From contig CAZDOJ010000002.1 of NCBI GenBank assembly GCA_964507055.1, positions 66,716-119,202 of the forward strand: a stretch of DNA of 52,487 bases, in the 5' to 3' direction. This DNA comes from an uncultured Gammaproteobacteria bacterium. Lineage in GTDB: Bacteria; Patescibacteriota; Microgenomatia; Levybacterales; UBA12049. The number at the start of each line of letters is the position of its first letter. The stretch's first letter is position 1. The position numbers were made by a program, and so were the translations under genes. Positions 10,526 through 18,133 of this stretch are shown piece by piece. Below the pieces are notes generated by a model. It did not search any database, was not told the DNA's origin, and saw nothing but the letters and a program-made list of their open reading frames with translations.

Positions 10526-10557
10526 ATTATAAAGGAGTGCTATCCAAACACAAGAGT

Positions 10558-11181
10558 TTATTTACGAAGTTCAATTGTTTCAAGCAATGCATCGACTTCT
10601 TTTTCATAACCAAGATTTTGTGGATCGCTTGCTGAATGGGAAATATTAATCGCATTTTTAGATGCTTTATCTTTTTGTAGTATTGTAACTGTAGATTCTC
10701 CTAACCCGCGAGTTTTATAAGTGTATCCAGAGTATCCATTGATGGTGATGCTTTTTTTCGGCTCGATCACTTGCAGCGTGCCATCTGCCGTAGAGTCTTT
10801 GATCTTCTTATCCACCCATTGTTCTAGAGTTTGATTCCCAAGTGCAAAAGGTTCAATGACGACGATTATTCCATCATACATTTCTGTTTGTCCATGTTGT
10901 GTAGCACCTGTTTTGTAGAATCGGACGAATTGTTCATTATTATCAATATCCATTTGCCAGTCATTTGGATACAGTGCAGTAAATACACCATTTGGATCAC
11001 TGTAGCTGTTTCCGCCAGATTTTATCTCTTTCTCCAGTTGTGCCTCAGATTTTTTGGCTGCGGGTGTAGTCATATCTGATGTGGTAGGGGCACTAACGGA
11101 TTTTCGCTGCTGACTCACGTAAAATAGGCCATAACCCACGAGTATTGCTAGCACAATGAGGACGATTATCTTCATTTTCAT
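10558..11181 (-). CDS. Hypothetical membrane-anchored/secreted protein
   Basis: N-terminal TM helix (KIIVLIVLAILVGYGLFYV) followed by a soluble domain. No recognised motif. Confidence 0.55.
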   Translation of the reverse strand: MKMKIIVLIVLAILVGYGLFYVSQQRKSVSAPTTSDMTTPAAKKSEAQLEKEIKSGGNSYSDPNGVFTALYPNDWQMDIDNNEQFVRFYKTGATQHGQTEMYDGIIVVIEPFALGNQTLEQWVDKKIKDSTADGTLQVIEPKKSITINGYSGYTYKTRGLGESTVTILQKDKASKNAINISHSASDPQNLGYEKEVDALLETIELRK

Positions 11182-11238
11182 GTCGGTATATTAATAATTA
11201 TAAACGGAACTGTTGAGAATTTAGTAAGAAAATACAAG

Positions 11239-11574
11239 CTAGATACCAATTTTATAAAGTATATACATCCATAGTTTTTTAAATCCGTGTGAATCTCTCA
11301 TTTGGAAATAGCGTTTTCGTTGTCGGAAATCTTTTGTTCCGGGGAATGGAGGATTTGCCCAGCAGGAAATTATGATAAGTTCATTTTTATAATTCTTCTT
11401 TACAACTACAGTAATAGTCTTTGCATCAATAACTTTCGAATACTCGATGCCGCCATCCTTCCGATTTAGTTTCTTGTGAGGATGAGAAAGTGTATTTGCA
11501 ACAAGTGTTTGAGAAATTTTACGATCTTTTAATCGTTTGCGTGCATGATTTGTCCAAATATACTTTTGACTCAC
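11239..11574 (-). CDS. DUF4258-like (toxin-like) small protein
   Basis: N-terminus YIWTNHARKRLKDRKISQTLVANTL resembles the H-A-x-x-R-x-x-x-R-x-I signature of DUF4258 proteins. No adjacent antitoxin-sized partner. Confidence 0.45.
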   Translation of the reverse strand: MSQKYIWTNHARKRLKDRKISQTLVANTLSHPHKKLNRKDGGIEYSKVIDAKTITVVVKKNYKNELIIISCWANPPFPGTKDFRQRKRYFQMRDSHGFKKLWMYILYKIGI

Positions 11575-11641
11575 TTGGTTTAGTATAACAGCACCATTAA
11601 TACAGATTGTGCAAATGTGGGTCTTGAGCTAATATAAAACT

Positions 11642-12079
11642 ATGAAAGAGATGCAATTCTCACTCGAGATACATGCTAGCAAAGTTAGGGTTTGGGATAC
11701 TCTTTGGCAAGACGAAACATTTCGTGATTGGGCAGGTATCATTGACCCAGGAACATATATGAAGGGTGTCCTGAAAGAAGGCAGTGAAGTAGAGTATATC
11801 TCTGCTGAAAATGGATATGGTGTCACAAGTTTGGTTGAAAAGCTTATTCCAAATGAATTTTTGCTGCTCAGACACAGTGCAGATACGCAGGAGTCCGGAG
11901 CACGAGAGCGTGAAAAAGAGTGGACTGGCGGTGCCGAAAGTTACTCACTAAAAGAAGAAGACGGTATTACAACTTTAACCGTGGCATTTGATGTCCCACC
12001 AGAATTGGAAGAATATTTTAAGGTCCACTATCCAAAAGCTCTAGAGCGAGTTAAAGTATTGGCTGAAAGAAAGAAGTGA
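11642..12079 (+). CDS. SRPBCC / AHSA1 (Activator of Hsp90 ATPase homologue 1-like) domain protein
   Basis: 145 aa. The opening FSLEIHASKVRVWDTLWQDETFRDWAG is typical of the AHSA1/SRPBCC family. Confidence 0.6.
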   Translation: MKEMQFSLEIHASKVRVWDTLWQDETFRDWAGIIDPGTYMKGVLKEGSEVEYISAENGYGVTSLVEKLIPNEFLLLRHSADTQESGAREREKEWTGGAESYSLKEEDGITTLTVAFDVPPELEEYFKVHYPKALERVKVLAERKK

Positions 12080-12138
12080 TTGTCTTCTGAGGTTCTAAAA
12101 CCACCTTGCGAGTTGCATAACCCATTAAGGAATAATGA

Positions 12139-12160
12139 TTGCTGAATCCAAAATCAGCAA
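12139..12160. terminator. Hairpin between convergent genes (probable terminator)
   Basis: TTGCTGA-atccaaaa-TCAGCAA followed by ATATTCTTTT. Lies between the stops of 11642..12079 (+) and 12177..12773 (-). Confidence 0.4.
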
Positions 12161-12176
12161 ATATTCTTTTACAAAC

Positions 12177-12773
12177 TTAAACCAACGTAAGCGGTTCCGA
12201 GGGTTCATATGTTGCAAATATTATGCCAGTTGAAGTAATTTTCCCATCCACCAGCTTAAAACGCTCTGGTTGAGTTCCTTCTGCGAATAGTTTTTTCCCA
12301 GTACCAATAGTGATGGGGAAAGTCCAAAGATGCATTCGATCTACAAGGTTTTCTTCAAGAAGTGTTTGAATAAGATTACTACTACCCCATACCCACAGGT
12401 CAGGACCGTCTGAATTTTTCAGTTTTTTTATCTCTTCTACTACATCTCCTGTAATAAGTTCGGAGTTGTCCCAGGAGAGAGTAGTTGGTTTATGTGAGAC
12501 AACATACTTTTTCGCCTTACTATATGGTTTTCCCCAATGTGGTTCATCTTCATGCTTCGGCCAATATCCGGCAAAAATATCATAGGTTTTTCTTCCAAAG
12601 AGTAAATCAAAAGGTTCGGCTTGAATTCTGTCTGTTATCTTATCTGCTTCTTCATCCCAACCAACCATCCAGCCTCCGTATTTGAATCCCTCGGCAGTAT
12701 CTTCTTTTGAGCCACCCGGAGCCTGCATAACGCCGTCAAGGGTAATCATTGTAGTAGTTATGATTTTTCGCAT
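12177..12773 (-). CDS. Dihydrofolate-reductase-family protein (RibD C-terminal domain type)
   Basis: N-terminus MRKIITTTMITLDGVMQAPGG, plus LLFGRKTYDIFAGYWP and VWGSSNLIQTLLEENLVD, all characteristic of this family. Confidence 0.8.
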   Translation of the reverse strand: MRKIITTTMITLDGVMQAPGGSKEDTAEGFKYGGWMVGWDEEADKITDRIQAEPFDLLFGRKTYDIFAGYWPKHEDEPHWGKPYSKAKKYVVSHKPTTLSWDNSELITGDVVEEIKKLKNSDGPDLWVWGSSNLIQTLLEENLVDRMHLWTFPITIGTGKKLFAEGTQPERFKLVDGKITSTGIIFATYEPSEPLTLV

Positions 12774-12835
12774 ATTAAAATTATATCAAAGATGAAGAGT
12801 TCGATGATAGTACGACCAGAGTATGCAGGCATTAA

Positions 12836-13120
12836 ATAAGCGAACTTCGAACAATTTGGCATGAAATTGAAACCTTTTTGGATTTTTGCAATGAAGCTCC
12901 TGCTTTATTCAAGAGTTCGAAGCCTGCTCTTCAAAGAGAACTTTTGAGATTTGTTGTCTCGAACCTTTATTTGAAGGATAAAAAGTTTGATTTTGAGCTC
13001 AAAATGCCATTCAACATAGTGGCACAATACTCTGAAAGTGAAAACTGGCAGGGGCTCGTAGAAGACGTTAGAACTTTTTACGCACAAAATGGAGATTTTT
13101 ATATTCCTGCCTTTACTTAA
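12836..13120 (+). pseudogene. 3'-terminal remnant of a large serine recombinase (about the last 95 codons only)
   Basis: The reading frame opens just after an in-frame TAA at 12833-12835. IWHEIETFLDFCNEAPALFKSSKPALQRELLRFVVSNLYLKDKKFDFELKMPF...FYAQN aligns by eye with the C-terminus of the intact recombinase at 22038..23660 (KWLELSTKTFNFACYARIRFMKTESLMEKKEILATIGSNFILQDKLLRLTVPKPF...IYAQN). No catalytic N-terminal domain is present. Confidence 0.7.
13079..13090 (+). repeat. Left copy of a 12-bp imperfect direct repeat (TACGCACAAAAT) at the proposed element junction
   Basis: 10/12 identical to TATGCCCAAAAT at 23631-23642. Both copies encode Y-A-Q-N near the end of a recombinase reading frame. 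Confidence 0.55.
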
Positions 13121-14679
13121 TTATCTCTAAAATCTGGCTCAGTAAATTTACCAATAGTATATTTTTTATCTGCTCTGTTTTCAAGCTCTATCTTATAAAT
13201 CGTTCGGAATGTTTCTTTGTTGATGTTTTCATAAACTATTTCCAATATTGGGCTAGCGACAGTTCCTTCTCGAAGACCGGTTCCTTCAAGATTTCCTGTT
13301 ATAACATGATACTTTTCTTGTTCAGATAATGTAGATGCTCTAAATGGCACGACAACTTCGCCAAGTGTAATACTCTTCAAAATAGCCAATCCTTTACCTG
13401 CGTTAGTTAAATCGAAGTCTGCAAAGTATCCATCTGGTCCACTTCTTAAACTGGTGATTGCTGCAGTTACGAGTGGCCGAAGATTAGGATCTTTTACTGA
13501 TGGAGATACTTGCTGTCTCTCCTTTTTAGATATCTTTGGATGCTGAAAACTTTCGGATACAGTATTTTCGACACATTCTTGAAGCAGCCTATTTAAGAAC
13601 TGTTTATTCGGAACATTGTCCATGTCAATTAAATCTTCAGACTTTGAAATTGGTCTATGCAAAGAATCATCTGAAACAGGTCTGTCTTTTAGTAGATTAA
13701 ACATATAATCTTTATCCGTTTTTCTACCTTTATAGTTATTTGCTAGTTCTTCAAATGTACTGAAGCCCAATAATGGGGGAACATGGTCTGTTATGGCACG
13801 TATTAAAGACAAACATGAAAATGCATTAGAATCGAGATAGTTTTTATTTAATTCGCTTATGAGTTTCAACAGTTTTTTATAATTGAAGCCATCTTTTTTT
13901 TGCTTTATAGCCTCTATAATTCCATCTCTTATGTAAAGTGAAATTGGTTCGGTTTCTGTCGGCTTTGAGTCATTAGATGAACTTTTTGCTTTCATCCATC
14001 TAACAAAATAGTGGGCAGATTTTATGTTTTGATAAACTAGATCAACATTACCAAGAATTTCTTTCGCTAAGGATTCATAATATAAAATAGCAGGAGTAAA
14101 AATTCCTTCACTCATGGCTTCGGTATCTCTTGACATGAAAGTTGCCGGTTGGCGTCCCTTTAGGTATTTCGTACCTTCTTCGCCATATTTTAATTTTTTC
14201 TGGTCTTCCAATAGGTTTTCTTTAGAAATTTCTGTCTGCATGTTTTTATCTGTTTTGATAACCAAAGAAGTTTCATCATAAAAATCCTCAACAATATTTA
14301 TAAGAGTTTTATATTCTCTCTGCAATTCATCAATCGAGATAGTGGAGATTTTTTCTAATTCTTTTTTAACATCTTCTGTATCTTTTTCCATCCATTTATT
14401 TGAAAGACCATTAATGCTACCCCATTCAACACTAAACCTGTCTTGGGTAGGAGGTTTTTCAAAATTTCCATAGTACAATTTATGTTGATATCCAAACCAT
14501 GATCCACTCCATGAACTCAGAATTTTAGGTATACTATCATCGAGCTTTTTTGCTTCCACCTGCAATGAATTGAGTACAGGAATTACTTTCTCTTGGAAGG
14601 AGGATAAAGATTTTTCTATTTTTTCAATATTTTCCATAGTTTTATATTTATTATTTCTTGTAATTATCCATTTAGCCAA
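13117..14679 (-). CDS. Orphan 520-aa protein (cargo gene D), function unknown
   Basis: Long uninterrupted ORF in AT-rich DNA, which has a high stop-codon background, so it is likely real. Overlaps the upstream gene by 16 nt; the alternative start MENIEK at 14637 would remove the overlap. N-terminal coiled-coil-like region, no recognised motif. Confidence 0.6.
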   Translation of the reverse strand: MAKWIITRNNKYKTMENIEKIEKSLSSFQEKVIPVLNSLQVEAKKLDDSIPKILSSWSGSWFGYQHKLYYGNFEKPPTQDRFSVEWGSINGLSNKWMEKDTEDVKKELEKISTISIDELQREYKTLINIVEDFYDETSLVIKTDKNMQTEISKENLLEDQKKLKYGEEGTKYLKGRQPATFMSRDTEAMSEGIFTPAILYYESLAKEILGNVDLVYQNIKSAHYFVRWMKAKSSSNDSKPTETEPISLYIRDGIIEAIKQKKDGFNYKKLLKLISELNKNYLDSNAFSCLSLIRAITDHVPPLLGFSTFEELANNYKGRKTDKDYMFNLLKDRPVSDDSLHRPISKSEDLIDMDNVPNKQFLNRLLQECVENTVSESFQHPKISKKERQQVSPSVKDPNLRPLVTAAITSLRSGPDGYFADFDLTNAGKGLAILKSITLGEVVVPFRASTLSEQEKYHVITGNLEGTGLREGTVASPILEIVYENINKETFRTIYKIELENRADKKYTIGKFTEPDFRDN

Positions 14680-15254
14680 GGAGAAAGATGCATATTGGGA
14701 GATATACCCAAGATAATTTCTTTTGGAAAATGATCAGTATTTCCTGTTTCATGGAACTTCATTTGAAATGCCATCCCTCGGTGATTGCCTTCTATAATGG
14801 AATGGTGATCAGTTGCACTTTTTGAAATTATAATAAGCTTTTCTTCAAAGGGATAAGTGCCGATATTATTTTTTATGTCCTCAATAAGTTGAAAGCCAAC
14901 GCCTTGGTCTGGCACATTATTTTTAATTGCAAGAACTGTATCTTTTAAATTTTTTGCTGTACCAAAAGTTTTCTCCCAACCAGTCTCTCTTATTATCAAA
15001 ATATCACCAAATTCTTTTTCATCGACAGATATTCCATACCAGTGAATATCAGACGGTAACTTCTCTAATACGGGAGATCGATACTGCCAAAGTAGATTTT
15101 TGCGGATTCGGTTGTTCTCTTCATTAGTATAATCTTTATCTTTAACGATATTTTCGAACTGTTTTCTTACCGGCTCATAAAAATCTTTATACCATTCGGC
15201 TCTGAGAAACTCCGCTTCAACTTCAACTATTGGAATTGGACGTAAAATTTTCAT
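14664..15254 (-). CDS. Hypothetical protein (cargo gene C) with an EGNHR motif reminiscent of the ParB/Srx-fold (DGQHR/DGQQR-type) families
   Basis: 196 aa. The C-terminal string SIIEGNHRGMAF resembles the [DE]-G-x-[HQ]-R signature of ParB/sulfiredoxin-fold proteins (DndB, DUF262). Single-motif evidence only. Confidence 0.5.
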   Translation of the reverse strand: MKILRPIPIVEVEAEFLRAEWYKDFYEPVRKQFENIVKDKDYTNEENNRIRKNLLWQYRSPVLEKLPSDIHWYGISVDEKEFGDILIIRETGWEKTFGTAKNLKDTVLAIKNNVPDQGVGFQLIEDIKNNIGTYPFEEKLIIISKSATDHHSIIEGNHRGMAFQMKFHETGNTDHFPKEIILGISPNMHLSPWLNG

Positions 15255-15270
15255 ATTTTTTTTACCATCG

Positions 15271-15972
15271 TTATGATGCTAAATATTCTTGGAACAGTCT
15301 TCTCGCATAGTATTTCCCATGCAGGCTTAAAACATGCCTACTGGATAAAATTACAGTTGCATATATCCCGGCCAAAATCCAAGAAAAAGCCACAGCAGTA
15401 AGATTAGGTATCAGCCAAGTAAAAATAATAATATTTACTAACGACATAGCGAGACCAATAAACGCTCCTCCTATCATGTTACGGGCGGCTCCATAGTGTA
15501 TATTGTGTTGCAGCAGCAGCCGTCCGGCTTTTACCTTTTCACGGATCAAAGTGACAGCTTCAACGATCTTTTTTCTTGCAAGTTCTTCATCCCTTTGCTC
15601 GTCAGTCTTTGAAGAAAGTTTTATATTGAAATCCGTCAATACTTGTTTATGCACTTTCTGCTTAAAGTCATCAGAATAAGTTTGATCCTTAAAAAGTAAC
15701 AATTCTGTCGTTGGGAATTTCAACTCGTCTGAAAAATAAAGGTTTTCTAGTATTGCCTTTGAGATAAATCGGTTTATTTCCATTAAGAAGTATATTGCGA
15801 CCGCAGCGACAGAGACATCGCCGATAACCAAAGCGCCTATTTTTGTGACAACATTCGTAACTGTAGCATCCATATAAAAATGGTAAGTCAAAAGAAACGG
15901 CAGAGAAGTTGCGATTGCGGGATATAATCTTGCTTCGCGAGTATATTGATCCAATTTGAGATCGATTTTCAT
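15271..15972 (-). CDS. Four-TM membrane protein (cargo gene B)
   Basis: Start moved to the internal ATG at 15972 (MKIDLKLDQY...), 1 nt after the stop of the upstream gene (TAA-t-ATG). Two N-terminal TM helices (PAIATSLPFLLTYHFYM; IGALVIGDVSVAAVAIYFLM), a charged helical middle and two C-terminal TM helices (GGAFIGLAMSLVNIIIFTWLI; AVAFSWILAGIYATVILS). Confidence 0.6.
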   Translation of the reverse strand: MKIDLKLDQYTREARLYPAIATSLPFLLTYHFYMDATVTNVVTKIGALVIGDVSVAAVAIYFLMEINRFISKAILENLYFSDELKFPTTELLLFKDQTYSDDFKQKVHKQVLTDFNIKLSSKTDEQRDEELARKKIVEAVTLIREKVKAGRLLLQHNIHYGAARNMIGGAFIGLAMSLVNIIIFTWLIPNLTAVAFSWILAGIYATVILSSRHVLSLHGKYYARRLFQEYLAS

Positions 15973-15973
15973 A

Positions 15974-17080
15974 TTATTCTTTCTCCACCTTATCATTAAA
16001 AGGGAGAGGATTTGCTTGACTCCAACCTCTATCCGGAGCATTATGTCTATGATGGATGGGTTGCCCTTTTGTTCCATATACATTGGTTCCTCTTCTGATC
16101 AATGCGTTCACAACTTTCTTGGATGGGTGTTTCGGAGCTTTTAATGCTGCCGATACTTGCGCTTTTTTTGCTTTTATCCGATCAAGAATAGTTTTACCCA
16201 CATTATGCTTACTGCCATGATGCGGGACATGTAGGAAATAAAGGTCGTCTAGCATTATTCCCATACTTTCCGCATAGTCTGCCGCTGCAGTTAGTGCGGG
16301 TATCCCTGCGTCCCCAGTAAAAAGCAGTTTTTTACCATCAATTGTTAATAACAATATAACGCTGGAGTTATTGGCCGGACTGGTTGTCCCAGAATCATCA
16401 AGAGTTTCAGTTGCGGGATCAAGTGTCTCTTCAACCCATTCGATAGCGGCTTCTGCTGCTCCTTCTACTTTTTCAATAAAGTCGGTTATCACTGTTGTGG
16501 TATTTATTCCAAGGGTTTTTTGCATGAGAGCTACAGCTGTCCTGTTCGCTTCGGGTGTGTTGTCATATTCAGCCAATAAGCACTCGTAGTATTCTTTGGT
16601 GGGGCCAAGTACATGTAAGCTCCTGTCTGCATTTGCCATACCCTCAAATGGTTCGTCAATAGGGATCTCCTTTTCAAAAGCAATTTCTTCAAGGTCTCGG
16701 ATATTGTCAAATGATTTTTGTAGCTCCTGCTCAAACTTTTTATTTGGTATCGGTCGTTGAAACAGTTTTTGCATTTCTTTTTCGTGGTCCCAAGGGACAT
16801 GCATGTAAAGATGTTTTACATCAAGTTGTTCCAAAACAACCGTTAGTCCTGAGCTATGGTCAGCGTCTTGATGAGTTACAAACACTGCATCGACAACAGT
16901 TGTTTTATAATGTGCTTTAATATGATCAACAAGTTTTTGGCCGGACTCTTTGGTTCCGCCATCGATGACAATAATGGTCTGTTGAGGGGTAGGATCGGTG
17001 AGATTGCCAAACCGCAGAGCAATTGCGTCTCCGCTTCGTTCACCATCACCAACATGAATGTAATCGATATCAAATCCCAT
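15974..17080 (-). CDS. MBL-fold metallo-hydrolase of the ComEC/Rec2-like type (cargo gene A), putative nuclease
   Basis: IVIDGGTKESG...VDAVFVTHQDADHSSGL (a variant of the HxHxDH metal motif), LLFTGDAG and LHVPHHGSKHN (the vpHHGS string typical of ComEC-type MBL domains). Soluble, no TM helix. Confidence 0.75.
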   Translation of the reverse strand: MGFDIDYIHVGDGERSGDAIALRFGNLTDPTPQQTIIVIDGGTKESGQKLVDHIKAHYKTTVVDAVFVTHQDADHSSGLTVVLEQLDVKHLYMHVPWDHEKEMQKLFQRPIPNKKFEQELQKSFDNIRDLEEIAFEKEIPIDEPFEGMANADRSLHVLGPTKEYYECLLAEYDNTPEANRTAVALMQKTLGINTTTVITDFIEKVEGAAEAAIEWVEETLDPATETLDDSGTTSPANNSSVILLLTIDGKKLLFTGDAGIPALTAAADYAESMGIMLDDLYFLHVPHHGSKHNVGKTILDRIKAKKAQVSAALKAPKHPSKKVVNALIRRGTNVYGTKGQPIHHRHNAPDRGWSQANPLPFNDKVEKE

Positions 17081-17093
17081 ATTTTATTGCCTT

Positions 17094-17122
17094 TTGACAA
17101 ATAGAGGCTACCATGATATACT
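17094..17122 (+). promoter_or_regulatory. Sigma70-type promoter firing rightward toward the XRE/ImmA genes
   Basis: TTGACA (17094-17099), 17-nt spacer, TG-a-TATACT (extended -10, 17114-17122). Confidence 0.6.
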
Positions 17123-17172
17123 TTTGTTTAGTAATAGTAGCTAAAATAAACTATTTGTTGAAAAGTAAACAG

Positions 17173-17202
17173 AGTATAGACCAGCAAACGGAGGTCTGTC
17201 AA
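17173..17202 (-). promoter_or_regulatory. Sigma70-type promoter firing leftward toward the MBL-hydrolase operon
   Basis: On the minus strand: TTGACA (17202-17197), 18-nt spacer, TATACT (17178-17173). Confidence 0.55.
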
Positions 17203-17213
17203 GAGGGGAAAAT

Positions 17214-17552
17214 ATGGATAATCAAAAATTGATTGGTGAAAGAATAAGGAAAGCACGAGGTGAAGCGGGATTAACTCAAGACGAGTTGGGTGAAAAAGTC
17301 GGCTACTCTGGTATGGGAATTTCTTATTTAGAAAAAGGACAAAGGAATATTACTATTGATATGCTTAATAAAATTGTTGAAGCATTAAATATTAATATCC
17401 ATTATTTACTTGAACCTATTGCTGGCAAAGCTCCCATAAATCATAGCGCGTTCTATGGAAGAATTAATGAGAATGAATACAGCGATGAAGATAAAAAGAA
17501 ACTTCATGATTTTGAATTAATTGTAGAAAAAGAGGCGAATAAAAATGATTAG
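17214..17552 (+). CDS. XRE-family helix-turn-helix transcriptional regulator (ImmR/CapH-like position)
   Basis: IGERIRKARGEAGLTQDELGEKVGYSGMGISYLEKGQRNITIDMLNKIVEALNINIHYL is a classical HTH_3 domain. Overlaps the downstream metalloprotease gene by 8 nt. Confidence 0.85.
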   Translation: MDNQKLIGERIRKARGEAGLTQDELGEKVGYSGMGISYLEKGQRNITIDMLNKIVEALNINIHYLLEPIAGKAPINHSAFYGRINENEYSDEDKKKLHDFELIVEKEANKND

Positions 17553-18081
17553 ATCAAAACTCGCACGAGAAAAAGCAAACAACATTTTAAGAATGTACGG
17601 CGTAAAAAAACCTGCAGTAGACGTGCATCTTGTTGCGCAATTATTGGGGTTTAAAATTATTCCTCATGATTTTCCTGAAACAGTCTCTGCAGTTATTAAA
17701 ATTAAGGATGGAGTGAAAGTTATAGGTGTTAATAAAAATCATTCAGAGACAAGACAACGTTTTTCTATCTCACATGAACTTGGACACTATTTGAGTGGAC
17801 ATGACGATTTTAGCCATGAAAAAATGGTTGTAGATAAAGAAAAAAAATATTTAGATCCTCATTATAGAGATGAGCAAGAAGCAGACGAATTTGCTGCTGA
17901 ACTACTTATGCCGGAATTTATGTTAAAAAAGGATATTCTTGAAGATAATTTAGATGCTTCCACGCTAGCAAGAAGATATAATGTTAGTGAGCAGGCAATG
18001 TGGATACAGCTTATAAATTTAGAGTTAACTCCCGGTCAAATAAAAGAACCTCCACGATCCGAACTACCTTTATCTGACTAG
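17545..18081 (+). CDS. ImmA/IrrE-family zinc metallopeptidase (COG2856-like)
   Basis: HExxH motif in ISHELGHYLSGH, with the downstream EQEADEFAAELLMPEFML typical of the ImmA/IrrE family. Translationally coupled to the XRE gene. Confidence 0.85.
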   Translation: MIRSKLAREKANNILRMYGVKKPAVDVHLVAQLLGFKIIPHDFPETVSAVIKIKDGVKVIGVNKNHSETRQRFSISHELGHYLSGHDDFSHEKMVVDKEKKYLDPHYRDEQEADEFAAELLMPEFMLKKDILEDNLDASTLARRYNVSEQAMWIQLINLELTPGQIKEPPRSELPLSD

Positions 18082-18113
18082 ACCTAGTACGTATCCCCAC
18101 ACGTTGTCCACTG

Positions 18114-18133
18114 CAGCCCATAAACATGGGCTG
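18114..18133. terminator. GC-rich hairpin between convergent genes
   Basis: CAGCCCA-taaaca-TGGGCTG immediately after the ImmA stop and before the stop of 18134..18403 (-). No clean U-run. Confidence 0.35.

Noticed and set aside
13091-13116. Inverted-repeat symmetry of a reconstructed attP (23620-23642 joined to 13091-13116), as expected for serine-integrase sites
   Set aside because: By eye, only a weak ATATA-type symmetry is visible. That is not enough to claim half-sites, so the symmetry is left as a test rather than a feature.
16371-17104. Cluster of short ORFs (16371..16589+, 16531..16800-, 16711..16920+, 16856..17104+, 16876..17100-)
   Set aside because: All are nested within the 368-aa MBL-hydrolase gene. 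That gene has coherent family motifs and higher GC, which depletes stop codons in the other frames.
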